From positions 4,384,001 to 4,448,000 of the forward strand of contig CBDCWI010000002.1 in the NCBI GenBank assembly GCA_965223325.1: a stretch of 64,000 bases of DNA, read 5' to 3'. A model generated the notes under the pieces. It saw nothing but the letters and a program-made list of their open reading frames with translations, ran no database searches and was not told the origin of the DNA. Of this stretch, positions 1 through 11,628 are shown one piece after another; positions within the stretch are counted from its first letter, which is position 1, and each line of letters opens with the position of its first letter. This DNA is from Candidatus Multivoradales bacterium. Lineage in GTDB: Bacteria > Acidobacteriota > Thermoanaerobaculia > Multivoradales > Multivoraceae. Made by a program: the position numbers and the translations under genes.

Positions 1-193
1 CGAGGAACAGCACCTTGGCGCGGTGCAGGAAACGCGAGAACTCCTGCTGAGGCTCCGGGGCGGTCTCGTCGCGCGCCAGGACCCGGTAGGCCTCGGGCGC
101 GTCGGCGTGAAAGAGCCGGCGAACGTCCTGGGAACGGACGCCCCCCGCAAAGTCCCGGATGAACTTCTGTGACTCCTCGACACGACGGCGCAT
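1..193 (-). CDS. Partial CDS (N-terminus only), possibly a SpoIIE/PP2C-type phosphatase
   Basis: My translation from ATG at 193 runs open off the window edge: MRRRVEESQKFIRDFAGGVRSQDVRRLFHADAPEAYRVLARDE... The product is a weak guess from recalled similarity to acidobacterial SpoIIE N-termini. Confidence 0.4.
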   Translation of the reverse strand, partial: MRRRVEESQKFIRDFAGGVRSQDVRRLFHADAPEAYRVLARDETAPEPQQEFSRFLHRAKVLFL

Positions 194-272
194 GGTCTTA
201 GGTACGGCCCTCGTAGCGGGGAGTTTCGTCAGTCTGGCTTCATCCCCGCTTCGGGGCCGCCCGGCGAAGGCC

Positions 273-599
273 CTACTTGAACAGTGACTGCAGCTTCATG
301 GCGAGGCCCATATCGCCACCAATCCGGAGCTTGCCGCTCATGAAAGCCGCCATGCCGTCGAGGTTGCCGCCGATCAGGTCGACGAAGTCGGGAGCGTCCA
401 TGGTGACGGTCATGGTCGGGCTATCCGACTCACCCTCGACGACTTCGCATGCGCCGTCCTTGATGATGCAGTAGTACTTCCCGCCGTCATCACCGGTGAG
501 GTCGTACTGAATGGTCGAGTCCATGCCGGCGGCAGTCTCGGTGTTGAGACGACTCGGCATCGAGTCGAAGATTTCTTTGACAGCGGCTGCTGTGCTCAT
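273..599 (-). CDS. SCP2 sterol-binding domain protein
   Basis: 108 aa with IQYDLTGDDGG and AAFMSGKLRIGGDMGLAMKL, the typical SCP2 C-terminal signature; GAGGAG RBS upstream. Confidence 0.88.
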   Translation of the reverse strand: MSTAAAVKEIFDSMPSRLNTETAAGMDSTIQYDLTGDDGGKYYCIIKDGACEVVEGESDSPTMTVTMDAPDFVDLIGGNLDGMAAFMSGKLRIGGDMGLAMKLQSLFK

Positions 600-655
600 C
601 GGGTGATCTCCTCGGTTGGTTGTCGTTGTTCTGATTATAGATTCGTCGGCTCGAG

Positions 656-1480
656 TCAGGTTGGCGAACGCTCGAGCAGCTTGTCGAGCTCGGCACCGGC
701 GAGGAGCTCGGAAGTCCAGTCGAAGAGCCCCTCCTGCATCTCCAGCGCTGCTTGCAACCAGCCTCCGACGGCTGCGCGCGCCAGGGCCCCACCGACGCTC
801 AGGCGCCGCGCTCCCGCGGCTTCGAGTTGACCCAGGGATGCCCCGGGCACCATCGGGGCGAGCACGTTGATCGGCCGGCTCACTGCCTCGGCTAGAGCCT
901 GCACCTGCTCGGGGGTCGAGAGCCCCGGTGCATACAGCACGTCGGCCCCCACCTCTTCGAAGGCCTGCAGGCGCCGCAGGGTGTCGTCGAGATCAGGGCG
1001 GCCGTGCAGGAAGTTCTCGGAGCGGGCGGTGAGGGTGAATTGGAAGTCGAGCTCCCGGGCCGCTTCGACGGCGGCATGGACGCGCTCGACGGCGTGGTCG
1101 AAGTCGTAGATCGGGGAGTACCGGTCGCCGGAGAAGTCCTCGATCGACCCGCCGACAATGCCCGTCTCGGCCACCGCGCGGATCGCACCTGCCGCGTCGG
1201 CCGGTTCGGGTCCGAAGCCGTTTTCGAGGTCGGCGCTGACCGGCAGGTCGCTGGCCGCGACCAGGCTGCGGCAATGCTCGACTTTCTCAGCCAGCGTCAC
1301 CTGGCCATCGGTGCGACCCAGGGTGTTGGCAAAACCTGAGCTGGTGGTTGCCAACGCCTCGAAACCGAGAGCTTCGAGGATGCGTGCCGAGCCACCGTCC
1401 CAGGGATTGGGGATCACAAAAGCATGCGAGCGCTCATGGAGTTGCCTGAAGACCTGCGCCTTGGCTTTCTGGTTCATCAT
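656..1480 (-). CDS. Isocitrate lyase/PEP mutase family protein
   Basis: Motifs PNPWDGGSARIL, ATTSSG, SADLENGFG, GGSIED, GADVLYAPG. Confidence 0.9.
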   Translation of the reverse strand: MMNQKAKAQVFRQLHERSHAFVIPNPWDGGSARILEALGFEALATTSSGFANTLGRTDGQVTLAEKVEHCRSLVAASDLPVSADLENGFGPEPADAAGAIRAVAETGIVGGSIEDFSGDRYSPIYDFDHAVERVHAAVEAARELDFQFTLTARSENFLHGRPDLDDTLRRLQAFEEVGADVLYAPGLSTPEQVQALAEAVSRPINVLAPMVPGASLGQLEAAGARRLSVGGALARAAVGGWLQAALEMQEGLFDWTSELLAGAELDKLLERSPT

Positions 1481-3441
1481 GGGGGCCCTTCCGAAGGTGG
1501 CCCGCCCCGCATCTCGACAGGCTCGATTTCATCGGCGGCTTCGAAACCGAAGATCCGGGCGTAGAACCAGAGCTCTGCCTCGAGAGCCCGCACGATGTTT
1601 TCGGCCTTTCGGAAGCCGTGCTGCTCGCCCTCGAACGACACGTAGGCGACCGGTACCCCCTTCTCGGCCAAAGCGGCGACCATGGCCTCCGCCTGGTTGG
1701 GCGGCACGATCTTGTCTTCGGTGCCTTGAAAGAAGATCACTGGGCAGTCCAGGCCCTGGGCGGCATGAATCGGTGAGCGCTCACGATAGAGGTCGGAGCG
1801 TTCGGGATAGGGACCAATCAGGCCATCGAGGTAGCGCGCTTCGAACTTGTGTGTGTCGCGTGCCAGTGCCTCGAGGTCGGCGACGCCGTAGTGGCTGGCC
1901 CCGGCCGAGAAGACGTCGCGAAAGGCGAGTGCTGCGAGGGTCGTGTAGCCGCCGGCGCTGCCGCCCCGAATCGCCAGCCGCCTGCCGTCGACCTCACCAC
2001 GTTCTGCCAGCCAGGTGGCGGCGGCGACGCAGTCGTCAACGTCCTTGATGCCCCAGTTGCCGCGCAGGCTGTGCCGGTAGTCGCGACCGAAACCGGTGCT
2101 GCCGCGGTAGTTGACGTCGACCACCGCAAAGCCGCGGCTGGTCCAGAACTGGATGCCGGCGCTGTAGTCGTTGGTGGTCATGGCAGTGGGGCCGCCGTGG
2201 CTCTTGACGATCAAGAGCGGCTTCTCACCGGCGCGGCCTTCGAAGTCTTCGTTCCGGGGTGGATAGAAGAAGGCGTGCGCGGTGTCGCCGTCGGTGGTTG
2301 GAAAAGAAACCGGTTGACCGGCGGAGACATAGCGCGGGTCGGGCGCGGCCGAGAGGGCGTGGACCTTCTCGTGGGTTCTGCGATCGACATCGATGGTGAC
2401 GACCGCGGGCGGCTGCTCTGGCCCGGCAGCGATCAAGACAGCGTGGCCGGAAAGATCGGCCTCTACCCCGTCGAGAACCGTGAAGGGGAGCTCGAGCTCG
2501 CGCATCGTCCGGTCCCCGAGGTCGAGAATGCCAGCACTCCATTCCCCACCCTGGCACCAGATGGTGAGTAGCCGGTTCTCTGTTGTCGCGGCCCAGGTCG
2601 ACATGCGAAACACCCAGTGGGGAAGGCCAAACGATCGCTCCCCCGGAGCGAGCGCAATGGTGTCGCCGTTTGTCTCGCGGAGGTAGAGGTTCCAGAAGCC
2701 CGAGCGATCTGAAACGTAGACCGAGCGACCGTCGGGAAGGTAGCCGGGTGCGAAGATCGCCTCATGGCGACTGCCGGCGATGCAGCGCGGCTCCTCGAGC
2801 TGCCCCGACTCGTTCAGGGCGCCTTCCCAGAGCTCGGTTCCATCCCACGGCATGTCGGGATGATCCCAGCTGAGAAACAGGAGCGTTCCTTCGTCGGGCG
2901 AGAGGCGGGGCGTAGAGTAGAAGTCGTGCCCGCTCGCCAGCCTTTGAATGGCGTTCTCGTCGTCTGCGGCGCGGCCGTCGACCGGGATTGCCGCCAGGGT
3001 GGCCTCAGGCTCGTGGGCGGCGGCCGAAGGAGCTTCGCGGACTGCGATGAGGCGTTGGCGTCTGCGATCGAGTATCAGGTCGGCAAACGATCCGCTGTCT
3101 TCTGGCGTGAGGGGCGTGGGGTCGCCTTCCGTCAAAGACTGGCGATAGATGCGTTGATCGGCGAAGTTGCAGAAGTAGACCGTGCCACCAGCGACCAGGT
3201 AGCTGCCGCCACCGTACTCATGCACACGCGAACGTGCATTCCAGGGCGCTGGCAGGAGATCGCGCGTCTGACCATCTCGCCACTCGACGATTGCCGAGCG
3301 CCCGCCCTCGGCGGGACGGCCCTCGAGCCAGTAGAGGGCGCCGTCAACGCGCGACGGCTCGACCAACCGACCCGCAGCGCTGGCGGCGTGGGCAGCCGAA
3401 ACGGGAGATGTCCAACTACCGAACGGTGCTTGCTTTGGCAT
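1477..3441 (-). CDS. S9 family prolyl oligopeptidase / acylaminoacyl peptidase
   Basis: HGGPT, GGSAGG nucleophile, QGTEDKIV (Asp), GEQHGF (His); N-terminal propeller; 4-bp overlap with the downstream gene. Confidence 0.92.
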   Translation of the reverse strand: MPKQAPFGSWTSPVSAAHAASAAGRLVEPSRVDGALYWLEGRPAEGGRSAIVEWRDGQTRDLLPAPWNARSRVHEYGGGSYLVAGGTVYFCNFADQRIYRQSLTEGDPTPLTPEDSGSFADLILDRRRQRLIAVREAPSAAAHEPEATLAAIPVDGRAADDENAIQRLASGHDFYSTPRLSPDEGTLLFLSWDHPDMPWDGTELWEGALNESGQLEEPRCIAGSRHEAIFAPGYLPDGRSVYVSDRSGFWNLYLRETNGDTIALAPGERSFGLPHWVFRMSTWAATTENRLLTIWCQGGEWSAGILDLGDRTMRELELPFTVLDGVEADLSGHAVLIAAGPEQPPAVVTIDVDRRTHEKVHALSAAPDPRYVSAGQPVSFPTTDGDTAHAFFYPPRNEDFEGRAGEKPLLIVKSHGGPTAMTTNDYSAGIQFWTSRGFAVVDVNYRGSTGFGRDYRHSLRGNWGIKDVDDCVAAATWLAERGEVDGRRLAIRGGSAGGYTTLAALAFRDVFSAGASHYGVADLEALARDTHKFEARYLDGLIGPYPERSDLYRERSPIHAAQGLDCPVIFFQGTEDKIVPPNQAEAMVAALAEKGVPVAYVSFEGEQHGFRKAENIVRALEAELWFYARIFGFEAADEIEPVEMRGGPPSEGPP

Positions 3442-3551
3442 ACCCGGAGGCTACCCCGTGGTGGGGTCCTAGGGTATTCAGCCAGCCGCCGCCCTGACAC
3501 GCAACGACTGGGGACTAAGTAGCGAGCGTGATCATCATCACCCGATCGCTC

Positions 3552-3717
3552 CTAGTACCCCGTACCATTGAACCGCACAGCGTCTGCGCGGTCCTCGCGC
3601 TCGATCTCTGTGTTGTCACTCCTCGACAGATCACCAATATGCCTGCGTCGTGACGCCTTGATCTCGAGCACGATCATCCGCTCAGCCACTATCCGTTTCA
3701 ATGGTACGGGGTACTAG
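3552..3717. mobile_element. MITE-like element, 166 bp including the flanking CTAG copies
   Basis: Perfect 21-bp inverted repeat CTAGTACCCCGTACCATTGAA (3552-3572) / TTCAATGGTACGGGGTACTAG (3697-3717); no ORF inside; CTAG at both ends fits a target duplication. Confidence 0.7.
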
Positions 3718-4613
3718 AAACTCCAGGTGCCGTAGAGCTCGGTGACCGCGCCTTCGATTTCATGCCCCACGGTGTGCTGCAGGGCAATGCGGCTCACCCC
3801 GTCGTCCCACTGCAGGCGCAGATTGGTGGCACCGCTGTCGAAAGACTGGCGGGTCGAGAAGCTCATCTGTGACAACAGGCGTGACGGCGTGCCGGCGATG
3901 CGGAACTTGATGCCGACGTAGGTGTCATGGCCGAGGCTGGCGCGGGGAGAGACACGCAGGCGGGGGTGTTCGAGGTTGCGGTAGCGCGCGTTGCGTTTCT
4001 CGCGATGCTCCTCTTCGAGACGCGAGAAACCCACCCGGTGCTCGACCCAGTTGCGCACCAGCTTGCCGAGGTTGCTGCGGAAGGTGCTCGAGACTCGGTC
4101 GTAGCGATCGGTGCGGCCGTAGAGTTCGGAATTCCAGCCGTAGGTCGGGTCGAGCTCCATCAGGTCGAGGTCGAAGCGTGCGCGTTCGAGATCGCGCCAG
4201 CGGCTCTCGCCGAGGACCGAGCGGTAGTAGTCACGCTGGCGGTTTGCGGCGATCAAGTCGTCGATGGGAGGGGCGTAGAGGTCTGCCCTGGTGCCGCGGC
4301 CCCGCTGGATGCCGGGCAGACTCGAGGCTGCGCTGGGGAACATGCCGTTGCCGAGAAGCAGGCGATCGCGCACGCGCTGGTGGGTCTGAACCGCCTGAGT
4401 CTCTGTTTCCTGGGACCCTGTTTCTTGGGACTCTGTTTCTTGGGACGCGGACACCGCGTCGGCTGCGGGCTGAGCCTTCTCGGACTGAGCGCTCACCGGT
4501 CTGGTCGGGATCAGCAGTAGGGCCAGGAGCCCCAGCGCCAGGGCGGCCAAGCCACGACGGGCAAGAACCCGGGATGGGGCAGCGGAGGCTGGGTGTTTTG
4601 CTGGGGCGTTCAT
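3714..4613 (-). CDS. Hypothetical exported protein
   Basis: Signal-peptide-like N-terminus ending VSAQ; QETES/QETGS/QETET linker; amphipathic beta-strand-like C-terminus ending in Phe (possible outer-membrane protein). Confidence 0.65.
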   Translation of the reverse strand: MNAPAKHPASAAPSRVLARRGLAALALGLLALLLIPTRPVSAQSEKAQPAADAVSASQETESQETGSQETETQAVQTHQRVRDRLLLGNGMFPSAASSLPGIQRGRGTRADLYAPPIDDLIAANRQRDYYRSVLGESRWRDLERARFDLDLMELDPTYGWNSELYGRTDRYDRVSSTFRSNLGKLVRNWVEHRVGFSRLEEEHREKRNARYRNLEHPRLRVSPRASLGHDTYVGIKFRIAGTPSRLLSQMSFSTRQSFDSGATNLRLQWDDGVSRIALQHTVGHEIEGAVTELYGTWSF

Positions 4614-4793
4614 GGCATCGTCTACTAACGGAAGGAGTCCGACTTGTTACACACTGCCGGTTGGGGCAATGAACGGGAACTCTGGACGCCAGTGTGGGAT
4701 CGACGGACCCGTCCGTGGGGGAAGACCGTCATGCCGTTCTAGCATATCCGACTCACCGGTCAGTCCGCACCCACCACTTTCACCCACAATCTT

Positions 4794-4810
4794 TGCAACC
4801 CGGCTGCCAG
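4794..4810 (-). promoter_or_regulatory. Candidate sigma-54 (-24/-12) promoter for the 3714-4613 gene
   Basis: Minus strand CTGGCAGCCGGGTTGCA matches TGGCACG-N4-TTGC with exact spacing, ~180 nt upstream of the start. Confidence 0.35.
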
Positions 4811-4904
4811 GTCGCACAGCTCCGTGCCGATGGGCCTTTGCGCCCTATCTTCGCCCGCTCTGAGGCACTGGTTGGACAGCTCTGTTCCCATGGTGAACAA
4901 CTTT

Positions 4905-6593
<1,689 letters not shown>

Positions 6594-6721
6594 GGACGGT
6601 CTCCGGACCACGAGTCTCTGGTCCTCTCCAGAGTTGAAGGGGCGGTGCGGTCGCTAAGATGTCCGAAACTCCCTCCAGGAACGGAGTCCCTTAGAAACGA
6701 TCAGGCGTCGAGGAGTCTCGT

Positions 6722-8452
6722 ATGCGCGCACTCTATCTGTTGAATTCGGCTGTCGTGGTCCTCGCTCTGGCGCTTTTTCTGCCCGGTTGCAGCGAGGAAG
6801 CGGGTACGAGCGACGGGCGCTCGACTGCCGCTCCCGGTGACACTCGGGAGACGGCCTGGGAGACGGTTGTTACGGGTCGCCCCTACGGCGAGGGTTTCCA
6901 TGGGGTGCATGGGGTGACCTTTGCGCCAGACGGGCACCTGCTTGCGGGGAGCGTTGTCGGCCAGGCGATCTACCGTGTCGACGTTGATGCCGCGGGCGGC
7001 GACGTGGAGTTGTTCGTTCCGCCGCCGTTCGGTATGGCCGACGATCTCGAGTACAGCCCCGACGGGTCGAAACTGGCCTGGACGGCGTTCCTGCTCGGCA
7101 AGGTGTTCGTCCGCGAGGGCGAAGGAGGCGAGATCATGACCGTGGCGGAGAACCTTCCCGGCACCAACTCGACCGCCTGGAGTACCGACGGGCGCTTGTT
7201 TTTCACTCAGGTCTTCGCCGGTGACGCCATGTGGGAGGCTGATCCTTCGGGGGCCGAGCCGCCGCGCCTGGTCGCAGAGGACCTCGGGGGTTGGAATGGG
7301 TTCGACTTCGGCCCCGACGGCCTGATCTACGGGCCGATCTGGAACAAGGGCCAGGTGGCGCGCATCGACCCGGATGGCGACCCGGCGATCTCGACCGTCG
7401 AGGTCGTCGCCGACGGTTTCGAGATTCCGGCAGCCGTCAACTTCGATTCAGCCGGCAACCTCTGGGTCGTCGATACGGCGGCCGGCCATGTGGTGCGGGT
7501 CGACGTTGCAACCGGTGAGAAGACCGTTGTCGCCGAGGTCGCGTCTTCGATCGACAACCTGGCGATCGGTCCACAGGATCGCTTGGTGATCTCGAACATG
7601 GCCGACAACGGCCTCTACGAGATCGATACACAGAATGGCAGCGTGCGAACGATCGTCGAAGAAACGCTCTCCGTGCCGTCGGGAATCGCCGCCTGGGGCG
7701 GCACCCTGCACGTGGCCGATACCTTCGCCTACCGCACCGTGGACCTGGCGAGCGGCACGGTCACCGACGCGCGCCGCATGTGGGGCAACAGTCTCGAGGA
7801 GATCGACTACCCGATCGGCGCTTTCGCCGACGGGAACTCTGTTCTCCTGACGTCATGGACATCAGGAACGGTGCAGGTCATCGATCGGCGCACGGGCGAG
7901 ACCGAGGTCATGCTCCATGGTTTCCTCGGACCGGTCGGAAGTGTTCGACTCTCGAGCGGCACCCTGGTCGTCGCAGAGGCCGGAAGTGGCCGCCTTCTGA
8001 CCCTCGACCTCGAGGAGCCCGACGCGCGTCATGTCGTTCGCGACGACCTGGTGGGCCCAGCCGGGATTGCGGTGGCCGACGGGGGCTCGGTCTGGGTGAC
8101 CGAAACCGGAGCCGGGCCCGATGCCGGCACGTTGACGCGGATTGATATCGCGAGCGGCGAAGAGGAGGTCGCCTTGAGTGACCTCTCGGGCCCGGAGGGT
8201 CTGGCGCTCACCGATGACGGACGCGTCTTGCTGCTCGAGAGCGGCGGCCGTCGTCTGGTGGCGTTCGATCCTGTGACGTCTCAGAGGGTCATCCTCGCCG
8301 ATGACCTGCCCGTCGGCCTGGCCGGGCCGCCAGGAACGCCACCAGCCTTCATCGCCAGCGGTGTGGCCGTCTCCGACGGCCAGGTCTACTTCTCGTCCGA
8401 CCTCGAGAACGCCATCTACCGCGTGCCGCTGCCACCCGAGCCGGCGGGTTGA
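6722..8452 (+). CDS. Beta-propeller lipoprotein (SMP-30/gluconolactonase/NHL-like)
   Basis: Lipobox LPGC; repeated blades (FAPDGHL, FGPDGLIY, FDSAGNLWVVD, PAGIAV). Confidence 0.75.
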   Translation: MRALYLLNSAVVVLALALFLPGCSEEAGTSDGRSTAAPGDTRETAWETVVTGRPYGEGFHGVHGVTFAPDGHLLAGSVVGQAIYRVDVDAAGGDVELFVPPPFGMADDLEYSPDGSKLAWTAFLLGKVFVREGEGGEIMTVAENLPGTNSTAWSTDGRLFFTQVFAGDAMWEADPSGAEPPRLVAEDLGGWNGFDFGPDGLIYGPIWNKGQVARIDPDGDPAISTVEVVADGFEIPAAVNFDSAGNLWVVDTAAGHVVRVDVATGEKTVVAEVASSIDNLAIGPQDRLVISNMADNGLYEIDTQNGSVRTIVEETLSVPSGIAAWGGTLHVADTFAYRTVDLASGTVTDARRMWGNSLEEIDYPIGAFADGNSVLLTSWTSGTVQVIDRRTGETEVMLHGFLGPVGSVRLSSGTLVVAEAGSGRLLTLDLEEPDARHVVRDDLVGPAGIAVADGGSVWVTETGAGPDAGTLTRIDIASGEEEVALSDLSGPEGLALTDDGRVLLLESGGRRLVAFDPVTSQRVILADDLPVGLAGPPGTPPAFIASGVAVSDGQVYFSSDLENAIYRVPLPPEPAG

Positions 8453-9684
8453 ACGACCCGGGCCAGCCGCGGTCGTTGGTCTTCTTTGTCCTGCTCCTGG
8501 CCGTTACCCACGCGGGTTGCGGGGACTCTGCCAGCGAGGACGCACCGTTCGAAGCGGCCTGCCCAGAAGACTTCGATGCTGCCGAGTGGTTGGCTGCCAC
8601 GCCCGAGCTCGATTTCGCCACCAACCTGAGCTTCGAAGAACTCCCGTTCGGCAACCTGGTCACCGTAGGAGAACCGTGGCCGGGGGCGAGCGAAGCGCAG
8701 CGCTATCTGCTGCTGGTGTGTGGCAGCGACCCCGCCGACGCCGCGGCCTGGAAGGACGAAAGCGGCATCGAAGTCGACGCGACCGTCGAGGTGCCGGTGA
8801 GCCGGGTCGTGACCACTTCGACGCCACAGCTGGCGCACTTCGACGCTCTCGACGGTATCGAGCAGCTCGTCGGGCATGGCGAGCTCGACTGGATTTATAG
8901 TCCGCGCATTCGTCGCGCCGCCGAGGCCGGCGCGCTTCTCGAGGTTGGAGACAACGCGATGCTCGATCTCGAGCAGCTCGTGGGTCTAGCCCCAGACGTC
9001 TTCTTGGCCTACGACGCAGGTGAGCCACGTTTCCTGGCTGGCGACCGTTTGACTCGAGCCGGCATCAACGTCGTCTACTACGCCGACTACCTCGAGGAGA
9101 CGCCGCTGGGGCAGGCCGAGTGGTTGCGCCTGACGGCTCGCCTACTCGGGCGGGGCGAGGCAGCCGATGCTCTGATCAACAAGGTGGCGAAGGAGTATCG
9201 GCAACTAGAAGACCGCATCGAGGCGCTGCGCCGTCAACCGGGCTTTCGAGAACCTACGGTTCTTCTCGGTGCGCCCTGGCAGGGAACCTGGTGGGTGGCA
9301 GGCGGCGACAGCTTCATGGCGCAGCTGATTCGCGACGCGGGCGGCGAGTATGTCTTCAATGATCGCCGCTCGCGTACGGGAGTGCCGATGACCCTCGAGA
9401 GGGTCTTCGTTCGCGCTCACGACGCAGACGTCTGGCTCAACCCTTCCGACCACCGCTCGCTGGCCGCCCTGGCGCAAGCCGATCCTCGGTTTCAGAACCT
9501 GGCTGCGTTCAAGAGGGCTCTTGTGTGGAACAACGACCGCCGGCGAAACGATCTTGGTGGCAACGACTTCTGGGAGTCCGGGGCGATCAGGCCCGACCGG
9601 GTCCTCAGCGACCTGGCCGCGATTCTTCATCCGGGACTCGAAGCAAGGGAGAGCCTCGTCTACTTCCGCAAGCTCGACCCCTGA
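8449..9684 (+). CDS. ABC transporter substrate-binding lipoprotein (iron-siderophore/cobalamin class)
   Basis: Lipobox HAGC; VPVSRVVTTST, YLEETPLGQAEW, GGNDFWESGAIRPDRVLSDL. Confidence 0.85.
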   Translation: MNDPGQPRSLVFFVLLLAVTHAGCGDSASEDAPFEAACPEDFDAAEWLAATPELDFATNLSFEELPFGNLVTVGEPWPGASEAQRYLLLVCGSDPADAAAWKDESGIEVDATVEVPVSRVVTTSTPQLAHFDALDGIEQLVGHGELDWIYSPRIRRAAEAGALLEVGDNAMLDLEQLVGLAPDVFLAYDAGEPRFLAGDRLTRAGINVVYYADYLEETPLGQAEWLRLTARLLGRGEAADALINKVAKEYRQLEDRIEALRRQPGFREPTVLLGAPWQGTWWVAGGDSFMAQLIRDAGGEYVFNDRRSRTGVPMTLERVFVRAHDADVWLNPSDHRSLAALAQADPRFQNLAAFKRALVWNNDRRRNDLGGNDFWESGAIRPDRVLSDLAAILHPGLEARESLVYFRKLDP

Positions 9685-9746
9685 GGTCTCGTTGGTTTCC
9701 GACCGTTACGTCTTAGGGGCTATCCGTCCCTGCTATCGTTCGCCGC

Positions 9747-10346
9747 ATGCCTTTGACCGTCGTCGTCGTGTCTGCCTTTGCCGTCCTGCTGGCGGTCGCG
9801 GCGTACAACTTCATGCGCCCCGAGCCCGATCTGATCGGTTCGCGCATCGACGATCGTGTGCTTGGCCCGATGACCTATCTCGAGCGCGGCCAATGGGTCG
9901 GCGAGAAAAAGCTCAGCGGTCACCCGGTCCATGTCATAGCGCTGGCCAACGCCGACGGCATGCGTGACGGGCACCGAGAGGCCTGGGAGCGTCTCGATCG
10001 CGGCTACTCGAAGCTCAAGAGCGACATCGCCACGAAGGCGATGTCGGCCTACCGCAAGGCACGCAAGAACGAGAGCGACCTTGCCCGAGTGGAGAAGCCC
10101 AGCGCGCTCTGGAAGAAGATCTCGCTGGTAGAGGTTCATCTGCGCTCGCGCCCGGGCAACTACGGGCTGGTCTACACCATCGATGAGCTCTACGAGCAAG
10201 CGGGCGACGAGAATGCAGGGGACTCAGGTCGCCCCACGTCGACGGAGCGCCCGGGGTGGTCGGCGTTCATGGTGCCGGTGCAGGACTGGAAAGTCGCCGA
10301 ACCGGTTGCCTGGCTGTTCGAACCGCCCGAGAACGCCGCGAGCTGA
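9747..10346 (+). CDS. Hypothetical protein with N-terminal membrane anchor
   Basis: 199-aa ORF with GC3-biased codons and a hydrophobic N-terminus. Confidence 0.65.
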   Translation: MPLTVVVVSAFAVLLAVAAYNFMRPEPDLIGSRIDDRVLGPMTYLERGQWVGEKKLSGHPVHVIALANADGMRDGHREAWERLDRGYSKLKSDIATKAMSAYRKARKNESDLARVEKPSALWKKISLVEVHLRSRPGNYGLVYTIDELYEQAGDENAGDSGRPTSTERPGWSAFMVPVQDWKVAEPVAWLFEPPENAAS

Positions 10347-10359
10347 GGCCAGAGGCGTC

Positions 10360-11628
10360 GTGGAGCCCACTCTCAACGTCTACGGATGGGTCGTGCTGGT
10401 ATCCCTCTTGGGTTTCTGGGCACTCGGCCTGGTGATGCGGTGGCTCGATCGCCGCAACTTCGCACGCCAGCGTCCGCCGGGTCTCGAACGTGTCTATGAC
10501 GAGGAGCAGTACGCGCGTGCCCGTTCCTACACCGGCGTTCGGTCTCGCTTTGGCGCGCTGGTGGCGACCTTCGACCTCATCGTGCTCTTGGCCTTCTGGG
10601 GCCTCGGAGGTTTCGGTTGGTTGGACGAAACCGTGCGTTCGCTTGCCGACCGCTGGTTCGGGGGCCACCCCATCGCCATCGGCCTGGGGTTCGTGGGAGC
10701 GCTCGGCGTTGGGCAGGCACTGCTCGCGTTGCCGTTTCAGGTCTGGTCGACCTTCGTCATCGAGGAGCGCTTCGGCTTCAACCGAACGACCCTACGCACC
10801 TTCGTTGTTGACCTCATCAAGGGTGCTCTTGTCGGTGTCGTGCTCGGCACGCCGCTCCTCGCGGCTGTACTCGCTTTCTTCCACTACGGAGGCCCGCAGG
10901 CCTGGCTCTGGGCCTGGCTCTTCGTGACCGTTTTCGTGGTGGCGGTTCAGTACGTCGTCCCGACCTGGATCATGCCGCTGTTTAACAAGTTCGAGCCTCT
11001 CGAAGATGGCGAGCTCCGTGAGCGTCTTACCGAGTACGCCGAGGAGGTCGAGTTCCCGTTGCAGGAGGTCTTTGTCATTGATGGCTCGCGGCGATCGAAC
11101 AAGGCCAACGCGTTCTTTACCGGTTTTGGCAAGCGCAAGCGCATCGCTCTTTTCGACACCCTCGTCGAAAGCCACACAGTGCCCGAGCTGCTCGCGGTGT
11201 TGGCTCACGAGGTTGGTCACTACAAGAAGAAGCATCTCGTGATCGGCATGGCGCTTTCGATTGTGCAGACGGGCTTCATGTTGTGGCTCTTCGGCACCGC
11301 CATCCGCCAGGAGGGTCTCTTTCGTGCCTTCGGCGTCGGCCAGCCTTCCGTGTGGGCAGGCATGGTGTTCTTCGGCCTCTTGATGGCACCCCTCGGCCTG
11401 GTCCTCGGCCCCCTGGCCAGCTACATCTCGCGTCGCCACGAATTCCAGGCCGATCGCTGGGCCGTCGAAACCACCGGCCACGCCAAAGAACTCGTCTCAG
11501 CCCTCCTCAAACTCTCCACCGACAACCTCGCCCACCCAACCCCCCACCCCCTCCGCGTCGCGATGGAGTACTCGCACCCGCCGTTGTTGGTGCGGATAGG
11601 AGCGATCGAGGAGTTGGAGCCGTCGTAG
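10360..11628 (+). CDS. M48 family (Ste24-like) zinc metalloprotease
   Basis: DGSRRSNKANAFFTG, HEVGH zinc motif, EFQAD, YSHPP; multiple TM helices; GTG start at 10360 inferred. Confidence 0.92.
   Translation: MEPTLNVYGWVVLVSLLGFWALGLVMRWLDRRNFARQRPPGLERVYDEEQYARARSYTGVRSRFGALVATFDLIVLLAFWGLGGFGWLDETVRSLADRWFGGHPIAIGLGFVGALGVGQALLALPFQVWSTFVIEERFGFNRTTLRTFVVDLIKGALVGVVLGTPLLAAVLAFFHYGGPQAWLWAWLFVTVFVVAVQYVVPTWIMPLFNKFEPLEDGELRERLTEYAEEVEFPLQEVFVIDGSRRSNKANAFFTGFGKRKRIALFDTLVESHTVPELLAVLAHEVGHYKKKHLVIGMALSIVQTGFMLWLFGTAIRQEGLFRAFGVGQPSVWAGMVFFGLLMAPLGLVLGPLASYISRRHEFQADRWAVETTGHAKELVSALLKLSTDNLAHPTPHPLRVAMEYSHPPLLVRIGAIEELEPS

Noticed and set aside
273-599. SCP2 protein as a hopanoid carrier linked to the shc operon
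   Set aside because: It is 21 kb away in an unrelated operon, and SCP2 proteins are widespread in bacteria without hopanoids
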